A stretch of 64,000 bases of DNA from Eledone cirrhosa (Eukaryota), in NCBI GenBank assembly GCA_964016885.1, contig OZ024744.1, forward strand, positions 37,510,001-37,574,000, given 5' to 3'. A program made the translations under genes and the position numbers. The stretch's first letter is position 1, and every line of letters begins with the position of its first letter. The notes under the pieces were generated by a model. It did no database searches. It was not told where the DNA came from and was given only the letters and a program-made list of their open reading frames with translations. Shown in pieces: positions 1 to 13,615 of this stretch.

Positions 1-273
1 TATATTTAAAACATTTTAATTCTACGTTTGTTTCAATGTATAGCAGCGGGCCATACCAAGTTATATACGAGGTATCTGTCAGTTTCACTACATAGCTTCA
101 GGAATTTATATATTTTTATAAATTTCAAGAGTAATACATACAACAAATAATTGCATACTATAGATGAGGTTCATACCATATCAATTAATATACAGGTGAT
201 AATAGAACATGTAATAAGTTAATCAGGAACAGTTAATTAACAGTTATTTACACGTAATCACTCACTTATTGTG

Positions 274-334
<61 letters not shown>

Positions 335-507
335 GAAAGAATGAGAAAGATAGAATAATCAGGTTTAATCGATACATATTAAATATATATCGATTTTGTT
401 TTCTCAATAATAAAATCCTCCATGGACACTAGAATCAATATAGTATATAACTATATAACTACTAAATATAATATATAACTACTCCATGTATATATATATA
501 TATCAGC

Positions 508-602
<95 letters not shown>
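508..602. repeat. (TAG)n microsatellite
   Basis: Directly visible pure AGT/TAG array. Confidence 0.97.
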
Positions 603-840
603 ACATTAAAAGTTTAAGCAATTAATTTCAGAAATTGTAAGCTGAAACTTTTAATCTGTACTAAAATAAATATCTAGTTTTTATATATATATATATATAT
701 ATAATATATATAATATATAATATAAGATCAAAAGATGGTTAAAAGAACTCCAGTCCTACAAACTGTAGAGTGTTACTTATCCGATATCTGCATTGCTTTA
801 CTGTACTACAATAAAACTCACCTCCGACATATATATATAT

Positions 841-3310
841 AGTATTAATAAATTTGAAGACTAAAAGCCAAAGAGGGCTCGATAAGGATAAATACATATC
901 AAATATATAAGAACCGTAGAGCAAATATTTAATAAAATAACAGATTAAAGTTTAAACAAAGAATCGCTACTTTCACTCTTAACGAGTTCTTCTGAAACTA
1001 AAAAAAATCAATCTGTGAACGCAGAAGTAAATATTTCGAAAAACGTTGCAACCGAAGGAAGACAAGAAGACGATACATTGGTTCGTGGAAACGATCCCTG
1101 GCAAAGAACGGAAAAAAGGAAGATAATACGTCATTATTTGGAGCGTTGAAAACAATTACACGCAAAGACAAAACCACGTTTATGGTATAACTGAAGTCGT
1201 AGACAAAATTCTATGTAGGAAACCGAATGATTCTCGGCTTGAGAGTTAAGAATAATGTAAATAAATTTCAGAGGTAATTGAAATTAAATATATACATGCA
1301 TACGCGAAAACACACGCCATGTGTATGCAAATACAAGCACGTACGCAAAAAACACGCACGTACATACAGAACCCATGTAAAGCCTGTACCCGCACGCATA
1401 CGAACGTTTACACCAAAACACATAAAAATATTAATTAAAAAATATATACTTATGTGTGTGTTTGTGCGTGTATACATATAATTAAATAAACGTATATAAA
1501 TATACACGCATACATATGCATATAACGTGGGCGCACACATACCTACATGTAAATACACATATGTTCACGGAGACGTCAACCAAAACACAATGACACATAC
1601 ACGCACAACATACGTACGAACCCGCATACAGACACACAAAACTCACGTATACGCATAGCACTATGCACATGTACCAGTATATATAATATAATATATACGC
1701 CTATAACATATACAAGCAAATATACGTACGAGAAAGTATACCTACCTTCACAAAACATACAGCTAATATATACTTACCTACATAAATAAGTAATGGTATA
1801 AGCATAACATATACTTAGCTACCACACCAAGACGTAAATTATCCGCGTATAGTTCGTACTATCCGTTAGGGTATAATGTGGAGCTGTAATACAGGAAAGT
1901 TTTGTGCAATTAATGTTTACAAGCCGAAATTGCCTCACATTTTCTGTTTAAGATGTGATCTTTAGCGTAGAGTATTTACAGGGCTTCAGCGGCGCAAAGC
2001 TCACATGGTCTTTTATTTCCGTTATACGATCTAGCCTAAGCTAGGATCTCCCAATGTAACTTATCTTGGGTGCGGTTGTCTTTTAGACTCCAGATATAAG
2101 CTGAAAGTGACGGCATATTCCTTCTTAAAGGGTTAAGAAAAGAATGGGTATGCATGTAAAGACGCTGCTTGAATCTATTGGTGGTTAACCCTATGTAGGC
2201 CCTACGAGACGTGGGTGTTTCAACCTTACATTTGTAGACAATGTTACTAGAGAGGCATTTCCCGGATAGGGGGCAGTCAAGCCGATTCCTACAATTACAG
2301 TTAGTACTAGCTACAGGGTTGCACGTGTTCCTACGGCTAGGTAATTTAACTAAATTTGAAGCTCTGATGTTATATGCAATGTTAGGAGTCGTAGAGTAAG
2401 ACATTTTAATGGTATTTCTATTAAAAATGTTACTATATTTATGTGCGGGGAGGGGATGTTTCATAATATGGGAGAGAAAGATGTTAGCTAATTGTGTGGC
2501 CACCTCCATATTATATGGTGGGTTATACCATATAATGCGTCGGGAGCTATTTTTCCTAGGTCTATTCTCATACTCGGTATATGCTACCTTATCGACAAAT
2601 CCACTCCGAGCAAGAGCTTCATTGTAATATGTGGAATGGTCGGTGAAAATATTTTCGCTTGTAGATAGACAGGAAAGCCTCAAAGAAACGTTTCTTACCA
2701 GGTTCTTGGTTATGCTGGCAGGATGGTTAGAATGCTTAATTATGTAATTAAGTGTATCATTCGGCTTTCTATACGGGTAGTGCAATCCATTCGACAAATT
2801 GAGGGTAATCAACGACCAAGAGGTTGGCCTCAACCTGTCACAAGCACGTGGCCGCACTTTGTCATGGTCAAAAGACCGTCGTCACGGTACAAACCACCGC
2901 CCACGTTGGGGAATTCTTCCTTTATAGAGAAAATAAGAAAAAGGCCGATAAGATCAGTAACCTCCGCAGAATCGCTGGCGCCCATACTCATGTCGAATGG
3001 GGTACTATTAGATGTTTTAATCCAAATAGAGTCGTCGAAATTAATCACCGACTTTCGGGCATTGAGGATGACATCAACTTCGAAATCCTTAACCACCGTG
3101 AGTGTTTTAGCGAAATTGATAGCTCTAAGAAAAAGTGGTAAAATGATGGAGGAGTAGTAATTATTGACGTCGAATTGGATAAAACGGCAATGTTCCTTGG
3201 TTGATTTGTCGTTGAACCAATCAATCACCACGAAACAATTGTTTCACAGTGCAAGAGGGGCCAAACTTCTAATTTTAGGTATAATGCTATCTAAAATTCT
3301 TTTACTAAGT
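841..3310 (-). mobile_element. 5'-truncated, decayed Penelope-like element (RT core + GIY-YIG + 3' pseudo-LTR)
   Basis: ORFs 2830-3231 (QFDVNNYYSSI, SMGASDSAEV, YRDD) and 2036-2857 (WYNPPY, CNCRNRLDCPLSGKC, IVY...YIG...FKQR) are frameshifted parts of one ORF continuing through stops to about 1860. Homologous to the intact ORF at 28438-30576; both ends abut (TA)n. Confidence 0.92.
949..999 (-). ncRNA. Type I hammerhead-like motif, U4A core variant
   Basis: Minus strand: agttt CAGAAGA ACTC-gttaa-GAGT GAAA gtag-cgattct-ttgt TT aaact; stems I-III can be drawn; second copy at 47186-47240. Confidence 0.6.
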
Positions 3311-3314
3311 CTTT

Positions 3315-3437
<123 letters not shown>

Positions 3438-3439
3438 AT

Positions 3440-4520
3440 AAGGTATAAGTATCGTAGGAGAGAAGGAGATAGAGAGATACAGAGAAGTGCGATACAGATT
3501 ACTAAATGCCAATAGCCGAAGCTGAGTGTGCTTAATGCTTCGGTTATCAGAGTTAAATATCAGAGAATATTTAATACTTACTATATTGTTCAAGCAGAGC
3601 AGGAATAAGCAAATGAATGAATGAAGGAGTTATAAGCCGTTAAAATAATTTCCTTATATAACTCTTACACATATTACGCCCACGCGGACTCCTCAGAGAA
3701 ATAATTGATTAAAAGTCATTAGTAAGTATAAAAACCGTTGAGAATCATTTCCTCAGTTTTACGTCCCTTTGATGGTAGGCGAAAAAAATTGACAACAATG
3801 GCGCAGGTGAAAGGGGATTAATCCACTAGGGGAGGTAACTGCACGGTGTTAGGCTGTAACTTACCCTAACATTCTAGTATATCCCAGCTAAGGGGGTGGT
3901 TTATCAAAGTGAGCCTAACTCAATAGGTGATGGGCAGTACCTCGGTAAAAATCCGGTGGTTTGTTAATAGAGTCATTAAACACTCTACTTAGGCCTACTT
4001 CTTGCATGTGGACTAAATGGTGGTGCAATGTAGATAGCTGGGGGATAGGATGTTATTACTGTTCTAGAGACCACTTGTAGAACAAGTGTTGTAGTCTGTT
4101 GCAATTAATGACCGTTTTAGCGCGACTATCAATGAGTTCATGGCGGGGAGTTTACTATATAGTATGTTTCCATTAGGCACAGCTGGCAATTTTTCATAAA
4201 GTTGTATGGCGTTGCTTCATCCACTATTCCCCCTTGTGTGGTGTAGCTAATGTTAGATTCAGTTAATAACATAATATAATTAGCGAGGGAGGTAGAGAGT
4301 CTGAGCTTCTTGTTTCTAAAGGAGTGGAGATGCGATTTAAATCTAGTCTTGAACTCATTAGAAGTGGCGCCTGTGTAAGACCTAGTGCTATTTCTACTTG
4401 TCACGGTGCATTTGTAGATTACGTTTCTAATCAAGTATTGGCCCCGGAGCGAACAGTTGTTGGGGTTTCGGCAATTGCAATTCTTTTTGTTGCTACTTCT
4501 AATGTGGTAAGGGCCGCTGC
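3440..4520 (-). mobile_element. Penelope-like element 3' fragment (GIY-YIG + pLTR)
   Basis: ORF 4138-4689 C-terminal part: CNCRNPNNCSLRG...VIYKC...YTGAT...FKTRF..H...CQLCLME; degenerate HHR at 3662-3700; boundaries approximate. Confidence 0.8.
3662..3700 (-). ncRNA. Degenerate hammerhead motif
   Basis: ttct CTGAGGA GTCC-gcgt-GGGC GTAA TATGTG TA agag; GAAA mutated, and stem III looks like CACGTG after C>T decay. Confidence 0.5.
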
Positions 4521-4824
4521 TATCATTACTACTATCATTACCACCGTCACCACTGTCGTCATTGTTGCGGTAGGCGTTTTCTACAAATTTCATATTTGAC
4601 GACCCAATATATGTATCAATAAAACCAAAGTATACTGAATTTAACTCTCTTATTCTATTGCCGTACGTTGTATGTATGTATTCCGGCAATATCTACATAC
4701 TGTATTTATCCAGCTTCCATCTATGTACTCTGTTAAGCCAACATATATATTGAATGTCTCATTGTATATGTATTTGCAACAATCCTGTGGGATCTACGCA
4801 TTTACAACATGTACGTATATTAGG

Positions 4825-5100
4825 AGCCTTTTCTAGTGGTATGTGTATTGTACTTACGATCATAACGTTGTGAGATCGATTCCTAGATTGGGTTATCCCT
4901 TGTGTTCTTGACCAAAACACTTAATTTCACATTGCTCCAGTATACTCAACTGAAAATAAATACCAGCAGTGGCTGGAGAACTTAACCCTCACCTGGACTG
5001 GTATTCTGTCCAGGGGAGGCAGTCTTATACTCTTTGTTGCTACATGCCACGGAAACCAGGATAAGCAACGGCCTAATGAGCCAGACTTTAGACCTTTAGA
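4825..5100 (+). mobile_element. tRNA-derived SINE (central/3' part resembles V-type SINE domains)
   Basis: Degenerate tRNA head with B-box (gagatcgattcc), then gtgttcttgaccaaaacactt...cacattgctccag...ctggactggtattctgtccagggg...catgccacggaaaccaggataag. Confidence 0.65.
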
Positions 5101-5349
5101 CATGTACAAGTATAAGTCAACGTTTGTAGAGAATGGAGTGTATATCAGTTAATATTTATAAACTTTCCTGTCCAGTCAGCATTTTCACAATGTATTCATC
5201 CGGTTAACATCTTTTGATTACGTCTATCTAGTCTGCAAGACCATTTTTTATGCCACTATTGTGAAATACTATAGCTTGATTCTCATTAAACCAAAAAAAC
5301 AAGTAAACAAAAGAAAGGAAAAGGGCAATAAGAGGGGAGAACAAAGACG

Positions 5350-5405
<56 letters not shown>

Positions 5406-5472
5406 TAGAGAGGTGGGAGTGATAAAGAGAATCATTGAAAGATAGATAGGGAGATATATATATATATATATG

Positions 5473-5550
<78 letters not shown>

Positions 5551-6201
5551 TAGGACACCATCAAATTTATTCCACTAATTCTTTAGAATTATTCAATGGC
5601 GTGTACCTAAATAATTCCAGTCCTGACTGATGGAAGCAATGCAAATTTTAAATCTAACTTCACTTTAACTATAATTATATTCGTCTTCCAATTTTGTTTC
5701 TTTTTTATCCTTTGTTTATTTGCTATTGTTTATTTGTTTGTTTGCCTATTTTTCTGTTTGTTCCTTTGTTGCTTATAGATGGCAGCTTGACTAGTTGCTT
5801 AATCAATCGTCGTCTGATGATTGGCTTGGTCTGTTGACAAACCTCAGATGATTTCACTTGTCTTGAGAGATAAATATTGATTTCTTAAACAAGCACAAGA
5901 CCTGTCTTCTTAATAAAAGACTGACTCATCTCAACATATTCTAGTAATTATATCCAGTAATTTATATCCTTGTCTTTAGGAAAATATAGAACAGAAACTG
6001 AAAGTAAACACCATTTCTCATATTTCTCACAAACTTGGCACTAGATAGACAAACAAATATCAAAATAAATACTCTTTGCACTTTTAAGTCTCTTGCTGGT
6101 TTCCACCATTAGACTATGGCCATGCTGGGACAACCTCTTGAAAATATCTAAACGATACTATATACATATCTATCTATCTATCTTTCTCTCTCTCTCTCTC
6201 G

Positions 6202-6294
<93 letters not shown>

Positions 6295-6404
6295 TGTATG
6301 TACATATACATACTTACATTTAAGTATCAGCCGTACTAAGAGTGAGAAATGAAATTTCATTTCATTCTTTTCCATATATATATATATGGAAAAGAATACA
6401 TATT

Positions 6405-6443
<39 letters not shown>

Positions 6444-6450
<7 letters not shown>

Positions 6451-7080
6451 AATATGAAAACGTGTCGTGCTGCGTGGTTGCAAATGGGGCTACATATGAA
6501 TAAATTTAGTCCTTCAGCAGTGATCTTCCAACCTTCATTGGTATTTCATAGCTTTAAAGACCATATACCTCTGGTTGGTGCGAGCAACGGCTAAAGAAAG
6601 CCGTTAGGACACGTGAATAGGGGGAACGAGCGAGACAGTAAACAAACAAAGATGGTAATGCAACGAAAAGTGAGGAAGGAGTCAAGTCCCTGAAATCGAT
6701 GAACATATGTTCTGTGAAATCGTGGACGAGAGAGAATAAAGACCATCAAACCTGGTCGAAGTGTGGGTGAGGAAAGAATTTCGTACAGGTCAAACGGGAG
6801 GAACTAGGAGAGGGAGTAGCAGAAAGTGAGTGAGTGAAAGTGTGAGGAAGAGGCTAACAGAGAGAGTGACTGGTAGAGGGGTTAAAAGGAAGTGAGAGAT
6901 ACAGAGAAAAGGGGAAGCAGTAAGTAAGAAACAGACGGGTCACTGCGGAGGAAAATATATATGAAAAATATGAAAACATGGCGTGCTCCGTGGTTGCAAA
7001 TGGGTTACATATGAATAAATTTAGTCCTTCATCAGTGATCTTCCAACCTTCATTGGTATCTCATCGCTTTAAAGACCATA
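6444..7080 (-). mobile_element. Small non-coding element bounded by ~122-bp direct repeats (PLE pLTR-like/retrozyme-like)
   Basis: 6444-6566 and 6959-7080 are near-identical direct repeats around a ~390-bp purine-rich spacer, flanked by (TA)n; right repeat has CTGATGA on minus strand. Confidence 0.6.
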
Positions 7081-7086
7081 TATATA

Positions 7087-7378
7087 TATATCACATAAGA
7101 AACGGAGAATCAGTGTTGCGACGAATAAAATTTGGAAACTCAGCTTCGTAGAATCGAGACGTATCTGAGGAACTTGCGATTTCAGAGTCAGTTTCGATCA
7201 TTGCATCGATCGTGCCTCGAGCTGGTCGCCTGAGAAACGATTGTAATATGTCTAATAAATGTTGTTCGTCGCAACACTAATTCTCCGTTTCTTATGTGAT
7301 ATTATACCCTGCTCTGTGATATTATACCCTGCATCGAGTGCTCAAACGGCCTACCGCCTAAGCAGCCCACAACAATTA
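7087..7378 (+). mobile_element. Mini PLE pLTR remnant with short inverted 5' segment
   Basis: 7087-7133 is inverted relative to 7257-7302; contains HHR 7158-7252 and downstream GAGTGCTC; flanked by (TA)n. Confidence 0.7.
7158..7252 (+). ncRNA. Type I hammerhead ribozyme
   Basis: gacgtat CTGAGGA [~62-nt stem II region] GAAA CGATTG TA atatgtc; 7-bp stem I, near-palindromic stem III, GUA site. Confidence 0.75.
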
Positions 7379-7394
7379 TATATATATATATATA

Positions 7395-7768
7395 TTAGAA
7401 AAGGGAAGTAAGAATTCTATACAAAACAGTGGATATAGAGAAAAGATGAAGTTAGGAACAGCACGGGAGATATATTTTAGGGTCTGTTTTTCTTTTTTGA
7501 TTCGTCAAAGTGACATTATTGAAAAGATAATGTTATTAAAAAGATAATGTTATTTTTTTAAATGTATAAAAATGTATTTTAAAATGTTTTACGATGTATA
7601 TAAAGTATATGGAGAAATTACCGGTTTCGATGTGTTATTAAAATCCATCTTGTCAAATGTTGAGTGTAAAAAATTAAAAATTAAAAATTAAAAAGGTTTG
7701 GTAGGAGTTAAAAACGAAAGGTTTAAAATTAAAATCAAAATCAAATGTTTGAATAAATTTTCTTCCCA
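7395..7768 (-). mobile_element. PLE pLTR fragment (same family as 45365-45815)
   Basis: Shares long blocks with 45365-45680; carries U3-A8 HHR. Confidence 0.7.
7615..7660 (-). ncRNA. Minimal hammerhead, U3-A8 variant
   Basis: acat TTGACAA GATG-13nt-CATC GAAA CCGG TA attt; palindromic CCGG stem III; weak stem I. Confidence 0.6.
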
Positions 7769-7769
7769 A

Positions 7770-8025
7770 AAGTCCGCTCAAAATAGCACAGAGCAGACTG
7801 AGGTTAGATGGACATGTTCACCGACATCCAAAGTTGACACTGCACTCAGTGCTCCTGTAGGAGCCCCTGCATGGACACACTAGAAGAGGGAGACTGAGGT
7901 TGACATATGTAGATACCGAAATGATAGACACTGATCTCTTAGAGACGCAGGACATGGCAGCGAGGATGAGGGACAGAGACCGCTGGAGAGAATTCGTCCA
8001 TGGATCTCGGGAATTTTACCCGTCC

Positions 8026-8102
<77 letters not shown>
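7770..8102 (+). mobile_element. RTE-like LINE 3' end with (TAGA)n tail
   Basis: Translates to ...RLRLDGHVHRHPKL...EPLHGHTRRGRLRLTYVD...MRDRDRWREFV, followed directly by (TAGA)n at 8026-8102. Confidence 0.75.
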
Positions 8103-8103
<1 letters not shown>

Positions 8104-8430
8104 TGGCTTCTGCAGGACTACAACTGTTTCATTCGAAGCAAATTATCAGGAAAGCCCTGATTGAACACCGGATACACATATCTATATATATTTATATATA
8201 TATATTCTAATCCTATACAGCTTACCTTACGGCTATATCACATTGACAATATCGTTTGGCGTCTATTCAAGTCCTATAGAGGAAATATATTTTATTTTCG
8301 ATAACTGTAGAGTGTTTGTTTGTAGCCACACTAATAAAAATCATCACCAATACAATAACACAAGCCACAAATATAATGAAAAATCAACAACAAACAAACA
8401 AAAATAAAATATAATATTACCGTCAATAAT

Positions 8431-8603
8431 TGTTTCTACTTTAGGCACAAGGCCAGCAACTACCCAGTGCCTCACTGGTACTTTATTTTATCGACCCCGT
8501 AAGGATGAAAGGCAAAGTCAACCTCGGCGGGATTTGAACTCAGATCGTAAAGGGACGTAACTAAGCTAGAAAGCATGGCGTCCAACCCTCTACCGATACT
8601 ACC
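8431..8603 (-). mobile_element. tRNA-derived SINE, major family in this window
   Basis: A-box (ggtagtatcggtag), B-box (gagttcaaatcc), body aactttgcctttcatcc...gataaaataaagtaccag, tail gccttgtgcc...gtagaaacaattatt; TSD aatattaccgtcaataat (8413-8430/8604-8621). Confidence 0.9.
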
Positions 8604-8717
8604 AATATTACCGTCAATAATGATAAACAAAGTGTGGTTGTTTAGCACAATCGGTAGTCCGTCGTACAAATATCTTGTCTTATTCTGATGCATCTTATTA
8701 CGTTTAAAGTAAGGCAA

Positions 8718-8930
8718 TGGGTTGGCAGAATCGCTAAAGGGTCGGGCAAAATACTTTGTAGTAATACAGTTACAGTTATTTATGTTTTGAGTTCAAATAC
8801 CGACGAGGTCAATTTTGACAACTGTCCTCATATGATGTATAAAATAAAGAACTGGTTAAGTAATGGAGTCCACTTAATTAACTTTCTTCCTTCATTAAAT
8901 CGGTGACCTTGTTCCTAACTCGAGACATTT
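8718..8930 (+). mobile_element. Older diverged copy of the same SINE superfamily
   Basis: ttggcagaatcgct...gagttcaaataccgacgaggtcaatttt...taaaataaagaactgg...gaccttgttcct. Confidence 0.7.
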
Positions 8931-9324
8931 ATTACATTCTGAGTATTATGGATCTTTGAACGCCGATCCAACATGGCCCACTTTAACTGTTATCCCTTGC
9001 ATGTCGATGAAATAATTTACTAGCTATATGCCGGGGACATATTTTTAACCCCGAATGTATAGACGCGTGCAGCTAAGTTACAAATCAACAATGATAAATA
9101 GGTTTACAAATAGCTATTACAAGATGAAAATATAAAATACGCCATCTTGAAATATAAACATAACAAATTTATTTTTAAAAATAAGCAGCATGTGTCTGTC
9201 CCTCACCCTCTCCCTTTCCTTCGTTGCCTGGTCCTTTTTACTTCTGCTTTTCATTTCCTTTTTTTCTGTCTTTTTTTTGTTCCCTTTAATAGTATATTTT
9301 GTTTTTACTAGATAATGCTCAATC

Positions 9325-9650
9325 ATTTTGACGCCATATATTGTGACAGGTTCTCCGCCTCAAACCTAGTCGCTTCAGCCAAAAGAACCCAGAAATGCTT
9401 CTCGCAATGCTTAGTAAAGGGAGATAAAAAAAATAGCGGGTATCATCCGGCTGTTTCCTCTCATCATCGATCGCTGTCGAGGCCTCAGGCGTCCTCGGAC
9501 ACCATACTGCCCAGTTACTCCACAAGATAGGATCGTCGGCAGCCCGTTTGAAAATTGAGTCCAGCGAGTGGGGTATCTGTTGCAGCGGGTGTCGCTGGCA
9601 ATTGTCCGCGAGAATGCATTTGAAGTTTTGTCCGCGGGGTGCAGACCCAA
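9325..9650 (+). mobile_element. CRE-clade non-LTR retrotransposon 3' fragment (RLE C-terminus)
   Basis: Translates across frameshifts to ..CDRFSASNL...IAVEASGVLG...[15 protein letters not shown], the typical CRE C-terminal motif. Confidence 0.7.
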
Positions 9651-9688
9651 CAGCGTAAAATACTACTTATACATGTATACACACACAA

Positions 9689-9732
<44 letters not shown>

Positions 9733-9781
9733 CAAACGAATCGAATATTATTATTAATATTCGAAAAACTCGGATTACAAT

Positions 9782-9877
<96 letters not shown>

Positions 9878-10162
9878 TGAAATACATCCCCGGATATATA
9901 TATATATATAATAAATGTAATTCGAGTTTTTCGAATATTAATACTTTTGGCACGAAGCCACCAATAACCCAGTACATTACTGGTACTTTATTTTATCATG
10001 CATACGCGCACATAGATACAGAGAGATATACAAGCATACGTACATGCATATATACATATATATACATACATACATACATATATACATATATACATACATA
10101 TATATAAATATATACATACATAAATATATATATAAATACATACATACATAAAAACATACATA

Positions 10163-11761
10163 CATCTTTTCTTTGTTGATGAACTGAAGTTGTATGGGCC
10201 AAATATCAATGACATCAAGAAACAATTGGACCTCATTACACAATTTTCAACAGACATCAAAATGAAATTTGGTGAGCCCAAGTGTGCATATTTGGCAGTA
10301 AAACGTGGAAGAGCTGTGCCCTCCTCTAGAAATCTAGAGATGAACGGCCTGACAATACAACCTCTGCAGTCAGGTGACAACTACAGATATATTGGACAGG
10401 ATGAGAATATCAGATATGATGGACCCATAAATAAGGAGAGAACCAGAACTGAATATCTCAGAAGAGTAAAGAAAATATGGTCATCAGAACTGTCAGCATA
10501 CAACAAATACATTGCCCACAATACTTATGTTGTGCCAATTCTAACGCCAACATTTGGCCTGCTGAACTGGTCATTTCAAGAACTAAGTGAGATGGATGTT
10601 AGAACTTGCAAACTTCTCAGTGTTACTGGGAAATTTAACATCAATTGTGATGTGGATAGGCTATACTTCTCACGCAAGGAAGGTGGCCGGGGTCTAAAAT
10701 CCATATTAACAACATATGAGACCCGGATAGTAAGACTGAAGCAACACCTTCAACAGAGGAAAAAGGTTGGCAACCATCTTGCCCAGGTTTATGAGCATGA
10801 AAAAAAAATATCATTAGAATAGCGACTGATCTGGAGGAGAGATATGGAATAAAGCCTGATATAAATCTCTCACCCAGAGAAATCGGAATATCCTATTCAA
10901 TATTCAAACAAGATGAAAAGATTGACTAATTTACAGAAAAAGTTGTGCACGGATACTTGAGACGTAAAACACAAACCATAGAAGGGTTAAACCACTCAAA
11001 AAGCCTCGCATGGAGTTCCGACAAGCTTATGACATCACACCTTGAGGGATATCCCTATGCAATACAGGAACAAGAACTCCCAACCAAATATCTGCTGCAC
11101 AAAAGAGGAGGGCCATAAGCTGACAATAAATGTAGGCTATGTAAAATAAAGATCGAAGATGTTAACCACATTGTTGCCAGCTGCGAAAGAATGTCATCTC
11201 GCTACTACCTCCCCACGAGACACGATGGGATAGCTAGAACCATCTGGAACGCACTTCGGAAAACAAAATTGAAAACAAACGAGGAAGAATATATTGAAAC
11301 AGATGGCACTAAGGAATACTGGTGGAACCTGAAAATAAAAACTGCCACCAAATTGAAGCACAACCGACCTGATATTGTCGTTTGGGACCACACATTGAAA
11401 GCGTGTTCTGTTGTGGAGATCAGCTACCCACTTGATGTAAACGTTGTCAGAAAAATACAGGAGAAGGAGGACATCTACGGACCATTGATGAAGATACACC
11501 TTTAGCTTCATACCCATCATTATTGGAGCTACGAGTTATATACCAACTCGCTTGGACCAATGTATAACTGAACTTGGATTTGCGGACAAAGAGCGCAGCT
11601 CCCTCATTCATAGTCTTCAAATGGCTGCGATAGCTGGCACCATCAAAATTTGCAAAACATTCTTGCGATTCAAGGGATGACAATTTCTTTTCCTTTACAA
11701 CCTTGCCACCAGGAAGGTGGCCGGTCCAAAAAATATACTCAAAATTAAGAGAAAGAGATAA
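10163..11761 (+). mobile_element. R4/Dong-like RLE LINE, family A, 5'-truncated
   Basis: HLFFVDELKLY (RT motif C), GGRGL, CRLC...HIVASC zinc knuckle, RHD, HNRPDIVVWD...VEIS..KEDIY endonuclease; both ends in (TACA)n. Confidence 0.9.
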
Positions 11762-11915
11762 CATACATACATACATACACATATACATACATACATACAA
11801 ACATACATTCATACAAACATACATACATACATAAATACATACATACATCCATACATACAAACATACATCCATCCATACATACATCCATACATCCATACAT
11901 AGATACTTACATACA

Positions 11916-12612
11916 TACAATGCAATCCGTAAAAAAGATAGCCCCGATAATAAACTCATTAATTAAAGGCTACAGTAATGTGGAAGACATCAACGTACAT
12001 AATATGAAAGAGTACTGGTGGAATGTTCCAGTAAAAACCCCAATAAAATGCAGGCATAACAGACCAGATATTATGATATGGGACAGGGAGAAGAAAGTAT
12101 GCACAGCAGTGGAAATTAGCTGCCCAGCAGATGCCAATATAATATCAAAGATTAGTGAAAAAGAGAATATTTATGCAGAACTGATGAGAAATCTGCAGAA
12201 ACTCCACCCTGATTACACCTTCAGATTTATGCCTGTGATTATTGGGGCAATGGGGTATGTTAGTAACTGCCTCAATACAAATCTTGAAAAGCTAGGCTTC
12301 ACAGGAACAGAAAGAACACAACTAGTTACGAAATTACATGGAACAGTAAAAATATGTAAAACATTCCAAAAATGTTGCATCTAATAACAGCATATACACA
12401 TGTACAGATACAAAGCATATACACGTGCACACATACAACTCAAAACATCCACATCCACACATACAATAACATCCATATCTACACATGCAGACATACATAC
12501 ATATCTACCTAGTTGGTGTTGTGTAAATTCCAATGAGAGAGTCTTGTGTCTATGTTAGAAACCTACTCTCTCTCTATTGGTAAAACTTTGTGAAATTATA
12601 AAACCAGAAGAA
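11916..12612 (+). mobile_element. R4/Dong-like LINE, family B, 3' fragment
   Basis: RLE domain (HNRPDIMIWD...VEISCP...EKENIY) plus 3' UTR matching 53050-53753; ends CCAGAAGAA then (CATA)n. Confidence 0.92.
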
Positions 12613-12662
12613 CATACATACATACATACATACATACATACATACATACATACATACATACA

Positions 12663-12695
<33 letters not shown>

Positions 12696-12958
12696 CTGAT
12701 GCAGTTCAGGGCCTTATCACTCTTGTTGGAGAAACCTTTCTCTGGTTGAATTTTCTTACTTTCATTTGGCATTTGGTCCTATCAGGGGTGTAACGGTACT
12801 CACGATACGTGGCCAGTTGCCAGCGGTTGTTGAGCCTATATAATGTTGTTCGGTATACTGTTGAGGTTACACTTACGTCCGACCAGTACAATGAGGAAAT
12901 ATATTAGTTAAACTGGGTTATTGCTGGCCTTGTGCCAAAAGTAGAAAGAATTATATAT

Positions 12959-12989
<31 letters not shown>

Positions 12990-13029
12990 CAAATTTATAT
13001 CTATCTATCTGTATATCTGTATATATGTA

Positions 13030-13081
<52 letters not shown>

Positions 13082-13097
13082 CCTATATATATATATA

Positions 13098-13174
13098 CAG
13101 GGTTATTCAAAAAGAATGAACCAATTTCATGACGCATTGCAATGAAATCGGTTCATTCTTTTTGAATAACCCTG
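13098..13174. mobile_element. Tc1/mariner-type MITE, 77 bp
   Basis: TA-CAGGGTTATTCAAAAAGAATGAACCAATTTCAT...ATGAAATCGGTTCATTCTTTTTGAATAACCCTG-TA; 33-bp TIRs, TA flanks. Confidence 0.85.
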
Positions 13175-13195
13175 TATATATATATAGGTATATAT

Positions 13196-13545
<350 letters not shown>

Positions 13546-13582
13546 ATATATACAGATATACAGATAGATAGATAGAAATTTG

Positions 13583-13615
<33 letters not shown>

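Noticed and set aside
5805-5860. CTGATGA inside a hairpin (cgtctga...tcagatg)
   Set aside because: No GAAA/NUH or stem I partner could be placed
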